Origin: an uncultured Planctomycetaceae bacterium
Lineage (GTDB): Bacteria > Planctomycetota > Planctomycetia > Planctomycetales > Planctomycetaceae
Assembly: GCA_963813715.1 (NCBI GenBank)
Contig: CAWFAK010000005.1
Coordinates: 416,001 to 480,000, forward strand
DNA: 64,000 bases
Reading direction: 5' to 3'
The position numbers were made by a program, and so were the translations under genes. Within the stretch, counting starts at the first letter, position 1; every line of letters begins with the position of its first letter. This document shows positions 30,961-44,716 of the stretch, one piece after another. The notes under the pieces were generated by a model. That model saw nothing but the letters and a program-made list of their open reading frames with translations. It searched no databases and had not been told where the DNA came from.

Positions 30961-31155
30961 CTACCGGTCCGAACCACTGGATCCATGCCAATTGAAGCGC
31001 CACGATCGTGATGTAGATAAAGAGCGGCGCGACAACCAAAGATTTGGAACCATTTCCAGAAGTTTCGCCAGCCTTTGTCCCTCGTCGCGGATGAGCTGGG
31101 CATTCAGGGCGCCCAGAGTCTTCGCATCGTCGGTCGTCGCAAAGCGACTCTGCAT
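30961..31155 (-). pseudogene. Probable truncated GNAT acetyltransferase remnant
   Basis: MQSRFATTDDAKTLGALNAQLIRDEG resembles a GNAT N-terminus; similarity is lost after ~28 aa. Confidence 0.45.
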
Positions 31156-31277
31156 TTGCCACCCCGCTCTTTTTTCTCTCGGTCGCAAAGCGGAGCGCCT
31201 CGGGGCACCCTGCCGCAGTATGATGGGACAGGCAGATCATAATCCGGGCCACGATCTTGGCTGACCGAGTTCGCGAA

Positions 31278-31757
31278 ATGTCCGAACCACCGCTGCCAAC
31301 GAAACAAGGGAACTTCGGGCTATCGATCTTCGACCCCGGTTTCCAGTTTCTGGTTCGGTGTCCGCACTGCGACGCTTGCGCCGAGGTCACAGTGGTCACG
31401 GGCCGCCCCGGGTGGTCCATCCGCTTGACGTGTTCCACTTGCGGAAAGTCCAAACAATCCGGCGTTCGTGTAATCTACGAGGGAAGGCCAATCGATCCGT
31501 CTTTTCAGTTGCCCTTGTGGTTGCAGCGTCCTTGCTGCGGCAAAACACTTTGGGCGTATAATCTTGGGCACGTCGCCTTCCTCGAGGCGTATCTCGGCGC
31601 ATCCCAGCGTTCGCGCCGCCTGGCCTGGAACCTATGAATACGAGCCGGCGGCATGCGCCCCGGCCATCTGCCGCAGTGGATGAAGGCCGCCAAGAATCGC
31701 GAGCAAGTCCTTCGCGGGATCGCGTCACTGCGTGAGATGGCACTCGCATCCGACTAG
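31278..31757 (+). CDS. Zinc-ribbon protein with an in-frame TGA at 31635-31637
   Basis: CPHC, CSTCG, LPLWLQ.PCCG..LWAYN..H; the frame continues after TGA as LPQWMKAAKNREQVL. Confidence 0.7.
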
Positions 31758-31768
31758 CGCACGGCGTG

Positions 31769-33459
31769 CTACTCGTCCGTCACGCAGCCTTCCGACGCGC
31801 TCTTCACGTTCTTGATGTACTTGTAGAGCGTGCCGCGGGTGAATTTGTACGGCGGCGCTTGCCAGGCGGCGCGGCGTTTCGCCAGTTCGCTATCGGAGAG
31901 GGCGACGTCGATGCGGTTCTTGTCTGCGTCGATGGTGATGGCGTCGCCGTCGTGAACGAGGGCGATCGGCCCGCCTTCCTGGGCTTCCGGGGTGATGTGA
32001 CCGACGATGAAGCCGTGCGAGCCGCCGGAGAAGCGGCCGTCGGTCATGAGCGCGACCTCGTGGCCGAGGCCGGCTCCGACGATGGCGGACGTCGGAGTCA
32101 GCATTTCGGGCATGCCGGGGCCGCCTTTCGGACCTTCGAAGCGGATGATCACGACGTCACCCTTCTTGATGCCGCCTTTCTCCAGCGAGTGCAGCATGTC
32201 TTCTTCGGAGTCGAAGCAACGGGCTGGGCCGCTGAATTTGAGGCCCTCTTTGCCGGTGATCTTGGCCACGGCGCCGTCGGGAGCCAGGTTGCCGCGCAGA
32301 ATACGCAGGTGGCCGCTCGACTTAATTGGCTTTTCGAGCGAATGGATCACGTCCTGACCCGACTCGAAGCCTGGCAGCGCGGCGAGATTTTCCGCCAGCG
32401 TCTTGCCGGTCACGGTGATGCAATCGCCGTCGAGGAATTTGTTTTCGAGCAGATATTTCAGGACAGCCGGCGTTCCGCCGACGCGATGCAGGTCCGCCAT
32501 CACGTACTTGCCACTCGGCTTGAGGTCGGCGAGATAGGGGACACGTTCGCTGACTTTTTCGAAGTCGTCGATCGTCAGCTCGACGCCGACCGAGCGGGCG
32601 ATCGCAATCAAATGCAGCACGGCGTTGGTCGAGCCGCCCAAGGCCATTACCAGCACGATCGAATTCTCGAGGGCCTGGCGCGTGATGATGTCACGGGGCT
32701 TGAGGTCGAGTTCGAGCAGGTGGCGAATGGCAACGCCGGCTTGCTGGCACTCTTCGAGCTTTTTCGGATCCTCGGCTGGTGTCGACGAACTGTAGGGGAG
32801 TGTCATGCCCATTGCCTCGATGGCCGAGGCCATGGTGTTGGCCGTGTACATGCCGCCACAGGCTCCCGCGCCGGGCAGCTCCGCCGCACGATCGCCTGGC
32901 GCTTCTCATCCGAGATCTTGCCCGTCAGAAATTCGCCGTAGCATTGAAAGGCGGAAATGATGTCGAGCGGCTCATTGTCGAGGCTGCCCGGCTTAATCGT
33001 GCCGCCGTAAATCATCAAGCCGGGACGGTTGAGCCGTCCGAGAGCCATGATGCAGCCGGGCATGTTCTTGTCGCAGCCGGGGAGCGTGACGCAGCCGTCG
33101 TACCACTGGGCGCCCATCACGGTTTCGATCGAGTCGGCAATCAGGTCGCGCGACTGCAGGGAATACGACATGCCGTCGGTCCCCATCGACAGTCCGTCGC
33201 TCACACCGATGGTGTTGAACCGCATGCCGACGAGCCCCGCCGCCTGCACGCCCTCTTTGACGCGATCGGACAGCACGTTGAGATGCATGTTGCAGGGATT
33301 GCCCTCGTACCAGACGCTGGCAATGCCGACCTGCGCCTTGTTCATGTCGGCTTCGGTGAGGCCGGTGGCGTAGAGCATGGCCTGCGACGCGCCCTGCGAT
33401 TTGGGCTGCGTGACGTGCGCACTGTATTTGTTGAGCGAGTTCGATTTGGTGGCGGGCAT
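31769..33459 (-). CDS. ilvD: Dihydroxy-acid dehydratase (frameshift near 32870)
   Basis: [55 protein letters not shown]. Confidence 0.96.
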
Positions 33460-33561
33460 GGAATCACTTCACAGATTGCGACAGAGAGACAGACTGCAAC
33501 AAAGAGACGGAAGGAGCGGCGGCGTTCGTCGGCGGCGCCGCTTTTTCAGTTTTCGGGCCGA

Positions 33562-33849
33562 CTATTCGACGAGCTGCGACGGATGCGGCGAGCGCGTCAC
33601 GCGGGGCAGGACGTTCGGCTTGTAGATCTCGGTGTAGGCCTTAGCCGTGCGATGCACGTCGAGCGCTTCGGACGTTTCCCACCGCTCGACGAGCAGAAAA
33701 ACCTTGGGATCGGAGGTCGAATGGTAGACCTCGAACCGCAGGCAGCCCGGCTCCATCCGCGAGAGACGGCCCTGCTCTTTGAGCCATTCGCGGAGCTGTG
33801 GAACGTCCTTTTCGTCGTTGGCGGTCAAAACCACGTTGGCATAGATCAT
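33562..33849 (-). CDS. ABM / putative quinol monooxygenase
   Basis: SRMEPGCLRFEVY..FLLVERWE..ALDVH. Confidence 0.85.
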   Translation of the reverse strand: MIYANVVLTANDEKDVPQLREWLKEQGRLSRMEPGCLRFEVYHSTSDPKVFLLVERWETSEALDVHRTAKAYTEIYKPNVLPRVTRSPHPSQLVE

Positions 33850-34078
33850 GGTGTGTCTCGGGAATGGGGACAGTCAGGCGGGCAGGATTCAGCCCGCCGC
33901 TGGTTTCCGGCGCGGGCGATTTTGTCAGGCTGCCGCTTTCCGCAAAGATACAGCCTCCCGTCAAGATACATCGTCACCAACAAAAATGCCCGCGGGCGGG
34001 CAATCCCCGGCCGCGGGCATGAGAGTTTTGCTTCGTCGACCGGCGCTGCGCGTGGAGCGCGAGAGCCGTCACCCCCGA

Positions 34079-37000
34079 TCAGGACGGCGACTTCACTTCC
34101 TCTGGCTCTTCGCCCGCGTTGTCGTCCGTCGTTTTCTCGACGAGGCGGGCCATCGTTCGGCTGCGGAACGTGGCATTCTTGATACGGCTGAGACCGACCT
34201 TGCCCGAGGCCCGCGCCAGGTCGACGCCCAGCGCGAGACTGGCGGCCGCCGCCAGCCAACCCATCGCCGCGTAGCTGCCGTCGCCCCAAAGGCTCGAGCT
34301 GAGGAGCACGACCGTGATCAACAGCGAGAGCGTGGCGAGCAGACTGCGATAGAGCAACTTTTCGCGGACGGCACGCGACGAGTACCGGGCAATAGCGGTG
34401 CGGGCTGCCGTGTTCGCCACGTTGCGGAGGCTGTCCAAGTCGGCACGGACGCTGGCCTTGTCCTGCCGATGCGAAGGTTCGGGCAGCGCCAGCGAAGCGG
34501 CGTGGGCCGGAGCGGCAAGCTCCGGCGCGTCAGTCATCGGGAGTGCGCCACGCGATTCGAGCGTCTTCGGTTGTGGCGCCGCCGAGGTCCAAGGAGCGTC
34601 CGGCGTAGCCGAGCGTCGCGAGCGGGCCAACAGCTTCTGCATATAAGCCTCGACCGATTCGCCTTCATGCCCGTGTGGCGCGGCCGGCGTCGGCGGAGAC
34701 CCGCTGCTGGCAGTCGCGGGTTGCGATTGGGTGGTGTGGCTAGCCACTGGCGCAGGGCTCGCGGCCGATTCGTGGCTGGCCGAGCCTTGTGTGGCCGTGG
34801 CGTCCCCGGCCGCGACCTCGGTCGATTCGTGATTGGCCGCCCGCTCGCGGGGACGGCGCGTGAACAAGCTCGATTCGAATTGGGAAATGACACGCTGCAA
34901 CGACCGCTCGGCCGGAAGTGCGGTGCCCGCGCTCTGGGCCTCGGGCTTGCTGCTGGCGTCGGCCGTGCTGCCGGCCGAAGCCTTTGTGGAAGCATCGTCA
35001 GCAACCAGCTCCGGCCCATTCGCATCGACGGGGGGCGACTTGAGGGCGGCCTGCAACCGTCGCCGCAGGACCTCGCACTCGCGCTGCAAATCCTTGTGTC
35101 GTTGCTCAAGGCTGCGAACGTTGGCTTCGAGCGACTTCACCTTGCGGTCGGACTCGGCCCGCAGCTCGGCGACGCTCGATTGCTCGGCAGTGGCCTGCTG
35201 CGCCGACTGGCTCTGAGCGGCGAGGTCGGCCTCCAGCTTGCCGCAGGCTTCCGTCAGCTCGGCGATGGTTGTCGACTGGGCGGCCAGTTGCTCGCGAAGA
35301 CCGGCCAACTCGCCCTGCGCGGTGGATTCTTCTTGCTCGCGTGCCTGGGCCGACTGTTCGCGCGCCTCGACCGACTGCTGCCGCTCGGTCAATGACTGCT
35401 CCAGCACGGCGATCTGTGCAGCCCGTTCCTCGATCTCTCGTCCTTGGACCTCGAGCGACTTCTCGCGGGTTTCGGTCGCCGCTTCGCGCGCCGCAACAGT
35501 CGTCTCCCGTTGGGCGAGTCGCGCCACTTGCGTGGCCAGCTCGACTTCTCGCCGTTCCAACCCGGCTTCGCGCTGGCTCAGCGTCTGTTCGCGCTCGGTC
35601 AGCGTCTCTGCGTGGCGGGCCAACTCGGTTTCGCGAGCCTGGAGGCCCTGCTCCCGAGCGGCCAGCTTGCGTTCGCTGTCTTGCCGCAGCTGGGCGGCGG
35701 TTGCCAGCCCGGCCTCACGCTCCTCGAGCGAGTGTTCGCGGCCGGCAAAAGTGGCTTCCCGCGTGTCCAGCGTCTTCTGGCGTCCGCGGAGCGACTCTTC
35801 GCGCGAGGCGACTTCCCGCGCCGCCTCGGCGTGCGCCCCTTCGCGGCCGCGATCGCTTTCTCGCGATCGGCCAGGGCCCGTTCGCGGGCGGCGTGCTTCT
35901 GCGTTCGCTCGACGAGTTGGGCATCGCGTTCGGCCAGGTCGCGCTCGAGTGAATGGACAGCCTGCTCGCGGCCAGCAAACTCCCGCTCGCGCTGCTGGAG
36001 CGATTGGGTTCGCGTTTCGACGTCGGCCTTGAGCGCATCCTGCGCAGCGGACTGTTGGGTCAGCTCGGCCGCCCGTTGCGTCAGCGTGGCCTCGCGTTGG
36101 GACAGCAGCTCCTCGCGCTGTTCGCTGGCCGCATCGCGTTCTTGCGCCGACGATTCGCGCGTCCGCAGCGTGGTCTCACGCCGCAGCAGGGCGGCGTCCC
36201 GTTCGTTCAGGGCTGGCGGACCGCTCGGCCAGTCCTATTTCTTGTTGCTCGAGGGCGGCCTGCTGCCGTTTGAGGGCCGCCTCGCGCTGGATGGCGCTGG
36301 CATCACGCTCGGCGAAGTCGGACTCCTGCTGCCGCAGAGCCGTCTCGCGCTCGACGAGTGATGACTCGCGATCAGTGAGCAAGGCTTCGCGCTGGACGAA
36401 CGCCTCGTCGACGGTGTCGGACGATCGCGTGCGGGTGGACGACGATCGCGACTGCTGTTTCATCCGCTCTTCGAATTGCCGTTGCCGCGAGTCGAAGTCG
36501 GCCTGCCGCTGTTTGAGATCCAATTCGCGACCATCGAGCAGGCTGCCGCGGCGCGTGAGCACCAGCTCTTGTTCGTGAGCCTGGGCTTGCCGACGACGCT
36601 GCTCTTCTTCCGTCGCGCTGATCGACTTGGCGCGGGCTTCCAGCTCGCCGCCCCGCTGCCCCAATTTGGATTCGGTCTGTTCGAGTCGAGCTTCCCACTG
36701 GCCGAGACGGGCCTCTTCGGCCGCCTGACGTTCGGCGGCCTGAGCGACGAACTCGGGAACCGCGACCGACGGCGCAGCAGAGGCGACGGCACTCGCCTGA
36801 GCGGTCACCGGTGCCGTCGTCAGCGCCTCGGCCTGAGCCTCGAGCACTGCGCTGCGGCGGGCGACGGCCAGTTCCTGCTCGTGAATTTGAGCCAGTTTCT
36901 GCGCGAGGCCGGCCTCCGAAGCCGTCACCGCCTTTTCGCGTGACTGCAGTTCGTCGGTTCGTTGAGTCAGCTGCGCTTCGCGCTGGGCTAGCCGTGCGGC

Positions 37001-38023
37001 CTCCTCGACCTGCTTCCGCGTGGCCTGGGCCACAAAGTCGGGAACGGCCGGCGCGACGTTCGTCTGCGCCTGCGGAGCGACGCGGGCAGACGCGGCCTGG
37101 GCGTCGAAGAGCGCGCTGCGTCGGACCAGGGCCAGCTCCTGCTCGTGGATTTGCGACAGCCGCTGGGCGAGCTGTTCTTCGCCGGCCGCCAGGGCGCTCA
37201 CCCGCGACTGCACCTCGGCCGTGTCGCGCTGCAATTGCGCTTCGCGCTGGGCCAGCCGCACCTCTTCCTCGGCCTGCCGCCGAGTGGCCTGGACGACGAA
37301 GTCGGGAACGACACTTGCCACGGGAATTGAATTAAGCGGAGAGATGGGTGCGACGGGCAAAGTCGGTGCGACGCGGGCGACGGCCGACTGCACCTCGAGC
37401 GTGGCGCTGCGTCGGGCCAGGGCCAATTCCTGCTCGTGAATGCGGGCCAGTTTCTCGGCCACTCCTTCTTCCGACGCCATCAGCGATCGTAAACGCGACT
37501 GGATTTCGTCGGCTTGTCGCAGCAGGCGGCTCTCGGTTTCGGCCAGGCGACTTTCGGCTTCTCGTTGCCGCTCGCTCGCTGCCGTCACGTGACCCGCCAC
37601 GACGGGCGGCGTGTGCGAAACCGGCGACGATTGCGTCGGCACCGTTGCGACTGATGACGGAGGCGCCTCTTCAACCTGAGTGTGAGCCGTCACGCGGAAT
37701 TCGAGCGGGCCAACCGTGAGGCGGTCGCCCACATGAATTTCGACCTGGCGGACCGGTCCGTTGTTGAGCCACGTGCGGAAGTCGAGAGCGCGGAGCATCG
37801 CCCGACCGGCGTCGATGCGAATCTCGCAGTGCCGCGGCTGGATGCCGTTGGCCCGCAGCACGTGCGAACACTCGGACGCCGAGCCGATGACGTGCTGTCC
37901 CGGCCCCAGCCAGAGTGTTTCGACGCCGTGCCCGCTGCGGACGGGCTCCAGGGCCAACCCCGAGATTCCGTGCGCGGGCGTTTTCGACGCGACCTTTTGT
38001 TCAGCAAGCGCGACCATGGCCAT
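34079..38023 (-). CDS. Large FHA-domain coiled-coil protein with C-terminal TM hairpin (several frameshifts at 36250-35650)
   Basis: IGS..C......I.PRHC.I..TWLN FHA-like domain, long heptad-rich region, ESVEAYMQKLLARSR, two C-terminal TM helices. Confidence 0.75.
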
Positions 38024-38434
38024 CCCTAAGCGAGTTGCCGGTTGGGTTTTGACCGCGGCGAGCAGGAGACGCATCGACCCGCATGATGCAAAACCGCAAC
38101 ACTTCGCTAGGGATATACCTCGCAGCAAAGTCCGGTCAAAAAGGAAACGTGCGCAAACTTCAAGATGTGCGGCGTCCGTGCACGATCCACCGCCCCTGCC
38201 GAATTCGCTGGCTAATCGCTGTCGCGCGAGCTGCCGTCACTCGCGATAATCAGCACAATCGAGCGGGACGGCGCGTACGGCAACTCCGCTCCGGCAATGG
38301 ACAACCGCTTAAAGATCCGGAATAATGAAAGTGCGGGAAACGCACTCCTGGGCGTCGCAATCTCCCCCCTTTTGCAGCCCGCCAGGCCGCATCGACGCCC
38401 GTCCAAAACCTACCCCGAAATTGAGGCCCCGTGC

Positions 38435-41047
38435 ATGCCGGTTGGCCGTCCCCTTTTCGCTACTCGCCCGAAGTGCTCACGCGTGGCGCTGGCATCGGCC
38501 TTCGGCTTCGCGCTCGTGCTGAGCGGCTCGTTGGCGAGCACCGCGCCTCCCAAGCATGTGAACTACAGCCGCGACATTCGGCCGATCCTCTCCAACACCT
38601 GCTACAAGTGTCACGGCCCCGACGAGAAGCAGCGAAAAGCCGGCCTGCGTTTGGATACCAAGGAGGGAGCCTGCGCGAAACTCGAATCGGGTGAGGTCGC
38701 CGTCGTCCCCGGGTCGAGCGCAAGAGCGCGATCATTCAACGGCTGATCGCGCACGATCCCGACGTGCGCATGCCGCCGGCCGACTCGGGTAAGACCGTCA
38801 CGCCGGAACAAATCGACCTCATCAAACGGTGGATCGACCAAGGGGCCGAGTTCCACGGTCACTGGGCCTTCCTCCAGCCGAAGCATTCGCCCGCGCCTCC
38901 CGTGCAACGTCCGGAGCTGGCCCGTAACCCGATCGACCGCTTCATCCTGGCCCGGCTCGACGAAGAAGGGCTGAACCCCTCGCCCGAAGCCGACAAACCC
39001 TCGCTCATTCGCCGCGTGAGCCTCGACCTGACCGGCCTGCCCCCCACGCTGGCCGAGGTCGATCGCTTCGTCGCCGACAAATCGCCCGAGGCGTACGACA
39101 AGCTCGTCAACCGCCTGATCGATTCGCCGCAATATGGCGAGCAGATGACGCGGTACTGGCTCGACGCGGCCCGCTACGGCGACTCGCACGGCATGCACCT
39201 GGACAACGAGCGCTCGATCTGGCCGTACCGCGACTGGCTGATCCGCGCGTTCAACTCGAACAAGCCGTTCGATCGCTTCGCCGTCGAGCAGTTGGCCGGC
39301 GACCTGCTACCTGACGCCACGATCGATCAGCGCGTGGCCACCGGCTTCAGCCGCTGCAACGTGACGACGGGCGAAGGCGGAGCGATCGACGAGGAATTCT
39401 ATTGCCGCTACGCCATCGATCGCGTCGCCACGACGGGGACCGTGTTCCTCGGACTGACGCTCGGCTGCTGCGTCTGCCACGATCACAAGTTCGACCCGGT
39501 CACGCAGCGCGAGTTTTATCAGCTGTTCGGCTACTTCGGCAGCCTGAGCGAGCGGGCCATGGACGGCAACGCCCTCCTGCCGCCGCCGACGCTCAGCCTC
39601 GGTCCGCCCAAGGACGAGCAAAAGGTTGCCAAGCTCAAAGCGGACATCGCCGCGCTCGAAGCCACGGTGAAACAAAAGCTCGCGACCTTCGACGATCCGA
39701 AGACCGTCGCCGCGCTCGACGCTCCGCAGCGGGCCTGGGAACGCGAAGCCGCCAAAGAGGGTCGCGGCCTGTCCCGCCCGATCCGTCGCCTGCTGGCCAT
39801 CGCGCCGGCCAAGCGACAGGCACGACAGAAGCGAGCACTGCGTGAGTACTACGTCCGCTACATCTACAGCGTCAGCCGGACCGTCTTCGATCCGCTCAAC
39901 GCGCAGTTGGCCGCCGACCGCAAGGAATTGATCGCGGCCGAGGCGACGGCTCCCAGCACGCTGGTGATGCAGAGACATGCCCAAGCCGCGCGACATCTAC
40001 GTCCTGATCCGCGGCGCGTACGATCGCAAAGGAGCCAAGGTTCTGCCCGATGTGCCGGCCGCCATCGGGCCCCGCTTGCCCAAGGACGCGCCCCCCAATC
40101 GTTTGTCGCTGGCCAATTGGATCGTCGACCCGCGGAATCCCCTCACCGCGCGGGTCACGGTCAATCGTTTCTGGCAGCAGTATTTCGGCACGGGCCTCGT
40201 GAAGACGGCCGAGGACTTCGGCTCGCAGGGCGAATGGCCCAGCCATCCCGAGCTGCTCGATTGGCTGGCGACCGAGTTCGTTCAAAGCGGTTGGGACGTC
40301 AAGCACATCCAGCGGCTGATCGTCACGTCGGCCACGTATCGCCAATCGTCGCACGTGAGCGAAGAACTCGCGCAGCGCGACCCCGAGAATCGCCTGCTCG
40401 CTCGCGGCCCGCGATTCCGTCTCGACGCTGAGGGCGTCCGCGATATGGCTCTGGCCGTCAGCGGCTTGCTGGTCGACACGATCGGCGGCAAGAGCGTCAA
40501 ACCGTATCAGCCGCCCGGCCTGTGGGAAGCCATTAGCTACACGAGCAGCAACACGGCCCACTTCGTGAAGGGCAAGGGGGACGCCCTTTATCGCCGCACG
40601 ATGTACACGTTCTGGAAGCGGACGTCGCCCCCGCCGGCCCTGACCACGTTCGACGCCCCCTCGCGCGAGGAATGCACCGTCCGCCGCGGCCGCACCAACA
40701 CGCCCTTGCAGGCCCTCGTGCTGATGAACGACGATCAGTACGTCGAGGCGGCCCGCCACCTGGCGTCGCGGATGATTCACGAAGGGGGCGCGACGCCCAC
40801 CGAGCGGATCGTGTTTGCGTTCCGCCTCGCGACCTCGCGACGGCCGACCGCCGACGAAATCGCCGTCTTCACCCGGCTCTTCGATGAGCAGAAGGCAGCC
40901 TACGCCAACAATGCCGATGCGGCCGAACGCCTGATCCATGTCGGCGATTCGCCCGCCGACACCACCGTCGATGCCCGCGAGCTGGCTGCCTGGTCGATCG
41001 TGGCCAACGTGATCCTGAATCTCGACGAGACGATTACCAAAGGCTGA
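38435..41047 (+). CDS. Planctomycete cytochrome c / DUF1549 / DUF1553 (PSD1) protein (frameshifts near 38720 and 39970)
   Basis: [74 protein letters not shown]. Confidence 0.92.
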
Positions 41048-41053
41048 CGTGCC

Positions 41054-42544
<1,491 letters not shown>

Positions 42545-42611
42545 GACCGCGAGCGCCGCTTGGCGTGCGCGATCGCTGTCAGTGCTTCGTCTCGCACAAA
42601 ACGGTGGAGTG

Positions 42612-42722
42612 GGGTGGCACTGGCGGCTTGTCCGCCAGTGTCTTAAGCCGCTCGCCGCGGACGGTGGTAATAAGCTTGCGTCGTGGACGAAGACACTGGC
42701 GGACGAGCCGCCAGTGCCACCC
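42612..42722. repeat. REP doublet (REPIN-like)
   Basis: gggtggcactggcggcttgtccgccagtg and inverted cactggcggacgagccgccagtgccaccc; same family at 48401-48478. Confidence 0.85.
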
Positions 42723-42757
42723 GACTCACGACACTTCGCGTTGGACAGACCACCGCG

Positions 42758-43563
42758 TCAGGCGGCCGGGGCCAGCACCGGCGGCGCGCCCCGCCCCGTC
42801 GCGCGGGGCACCACGGCGTTGCGCCCAAGAGCTGGAGCACGAGTAGGCCTCGCCCCCAGGTCAGCGAACCCGTGATTGAACCGGGCTCGGCCGTGCGGGC
42901 GTCCGCCAGCACGCGGTATTGGTTGCGGCTTGCCGCTACGAAATCGAGCGTGAGCTGTCGCGTCCGCTCGCAGTTGCAGTTATCGACCAGCAGGTAGGCG
43001 TTTTCCGCCAGGTGCGGCTCGCATTGGGCCAGTCGCTCGGCAATCGGCTCGTGCGACAGCGCGCTCACGAAGCAGACGCCGATCGTCCGCTCGTCCAGCC
43101 GCGCGAGGCAGCGGGAAAAGCCCGGCTCGATGAAGTGCCTCTCGCCGTCAGCCAGTTCGTCGAACCGCCGCAGAAATTCGTCGCGAGCCGGCCCGGCCGC
43201 GGCAACTTGCGGAGCGTCGTGTTCGTGCACGCCGATGCATAGCTTGTCGGCATTGCCGGCAATCGCCGCCAAGAGCGCGCCGCCGTCGCCCAGGCCAAAT
43301 GCCACGAAGGCTTCGCGCTCGGCGAGATGGGTGACGCCGCGGTTCACGAGGGCGCAGGGCCAGCGGTCGGCCCGCCGATCCCAGGCGCGTGCGTCGCAAT
43401 TTGCGGCGGGTGTCCGCACGGTCAAAGGGCAGCCGCGTGTTCCAGGAATCGAGCGGCAAGCGCAACCGCGCGAGGGCAGCTACCGCCCGAGCGCCAGCGT
43501 GCGCTCTTGTTCCGGTTGAATGAACCGAAACGAAAGCCCCTGCAAATACTGTGGGAGATCCAT
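42758..43563 (-). CDS. Divergent class I SAM methyltransferase-like protein (frameshifted)
   Basis: MDLPQYLQGLSFRF start; ALVNRGV..AFVAFG.GDG; YLLVDNCN..R..TLDF..WGRGLLVLQ. Confidence 0.5.
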
Positions 43564-43818
43564 GGCCCTAAACAATCGACGGCAAGCGCTCGCCCCAGGT
43601 TCGGGACGCGCCGCAAAAAAACGTCGAAACGTGGAGAATGTGCTAACGGAGTTGGAGCCGGCCGCGCGGGCCGACGAAGAGGGCGGGGATGATGCCGGAA
43701 TCGCCAGGAGGGGTCAAGGGCAATCACCGCCCCCGCCGCAGCTTTGCGTTTCTTAATTTGACGGACGACCTCGGTGTGGCGCGGCAATTAAGAATCGCCG
43801 CGATGTGATGCGACTCAA

Positions 43819-44087
43819 TCAGTCGCGCGTAAACCACTTTGCAAAAACGACGATCGCAAAAACCACCCAGAGCAGCACGACCAATCCACCGCGCCATCCG
43901 TGCCTGTAGGCGACAGTCGTCGTTGCCCACACTCCAAGAGGTACGCCCATGAGTATGCCGAGGAGGGCCCATTCGTCGTAAGCGGAGGTTGCTAGAGCGA
44001 CTGCAACCAAATCCCAGGGACGGCCCCCGCAACAGCGTATGCGGCAAATGCCGCCTTCGACGGGTTGCCGCTGGGCCCATTGCTCAT
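43819..44087 (-). CDS. Small membrane protein (MSNGPS..., probable frameshift near 44010)
   Basis: Hydrophobic helices in ORF 43819..44010; ATGAGC start at 44087. Confidence 0.4.
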
Positions 44088-44114
44088 CACCACTACCGCT
44101 ATTTGAGGCGGTCG

Positions 44115-44714
44115 CTACTTCACCGGGATCAATTTAACGCTGCGGAGCGTCATCACCGTCTCGTGCGCGATCTCGGTCGCGACGAACCGCATGTTGTACC
44201 AGTGGGCCTCGGGCAGATTCACCTCGCCGGCCTGCACGGTTTTGTAGGCGGTCGCACCGCCCGTGTCGGCGACATTGAGGATCAGCGTCGAATCGGCCAA
44301 TTGAATCTGCACCGTGCTGCCGGCGTTGTCGGGGTTGCACGCATAGCAGAGCTCGACGGCATACTTACCCGGCTTGTCGACCGGAAAATGAAAGAGCACG
44401 AAGTCTTGCAGGTGACGCCAATTGGTGATGGCCGAACCGTGGCGCGTAATCTGTCCCGTGACCACGGCCAGGTTCATCGTCAAGGTGATCGAGCCGTCGT
44501 CCGCCACCTTCGTCGGGCGCACGTCGGGTTTGTCGCTGGCCGCTTGCTTCCGCTCGGCCACGCGGGCCAATCCGTAGCCGATGCCCATCACGATGGCCAC
44601 GACCACCGGGATGACGAGCACCGACTTAATCAGTTCGAACGCCGAGTTCGTGGCGGTCGAGTGGTGGGCGGAGACCCCGGGACCTGAATGCGGGATGAAA
44701 GCCGGTTTGCTCAC
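44115..44714 (-). CDS. Membrane-anchored carbohydrate-binding-like beta-sandwich protein
   Basis: One TM helix, then ITNW....D...F.VDKPGKY.VE..YAC....GS...TGG. Confidence 0.6.
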   Translation of the reverse strand: MSKPAFIPHSGPGVSAHHSTATNSAFELIKSVLVIPVVVAIVMGIGYGLARVAERKQAASDKPDVRPTKVADDGSITLTMNLAVVTGQITRHGSAITNWRHLQDFVLFHFPVDKPGKYAVELCYACNPDNAGSTVQIQLADSTLILNVADTGGATAYKTVQAGEVNLPEAHWYNMRFVATEIAHETVMTLRSVKLIPVK

Positions 44715-44716
44715 GG

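Noticed and set aside
24740..31200. Classical integron cassette array
   Set aside because: No integrase in the window; gaps between ORFs are mostly 4-40 bp, too short for attC; the gttag...ctaac pair at ~26585-26611 is in the wrong order for an attC site
31635..31637. Selenocysteine codon in the zinc-ribbon gene
   Set aside because: The position is not in a Cys motif and no convincing SECIS hairpin is evident; local indel errors are likelier
1211..33459. Programmed frameshifting or pseudogenisation of recG, feoB and ilvD
   Set aside because: Breaks are too numerous, scattered and lack slippery-site context; sequencing indels are more parsimonious
43750..43794. 9-bp inverted repeat ttcttaatt / aattaagaa
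   Set aside because: Single short occurrence with a 27-nt spacer; insufficient evidence for a function
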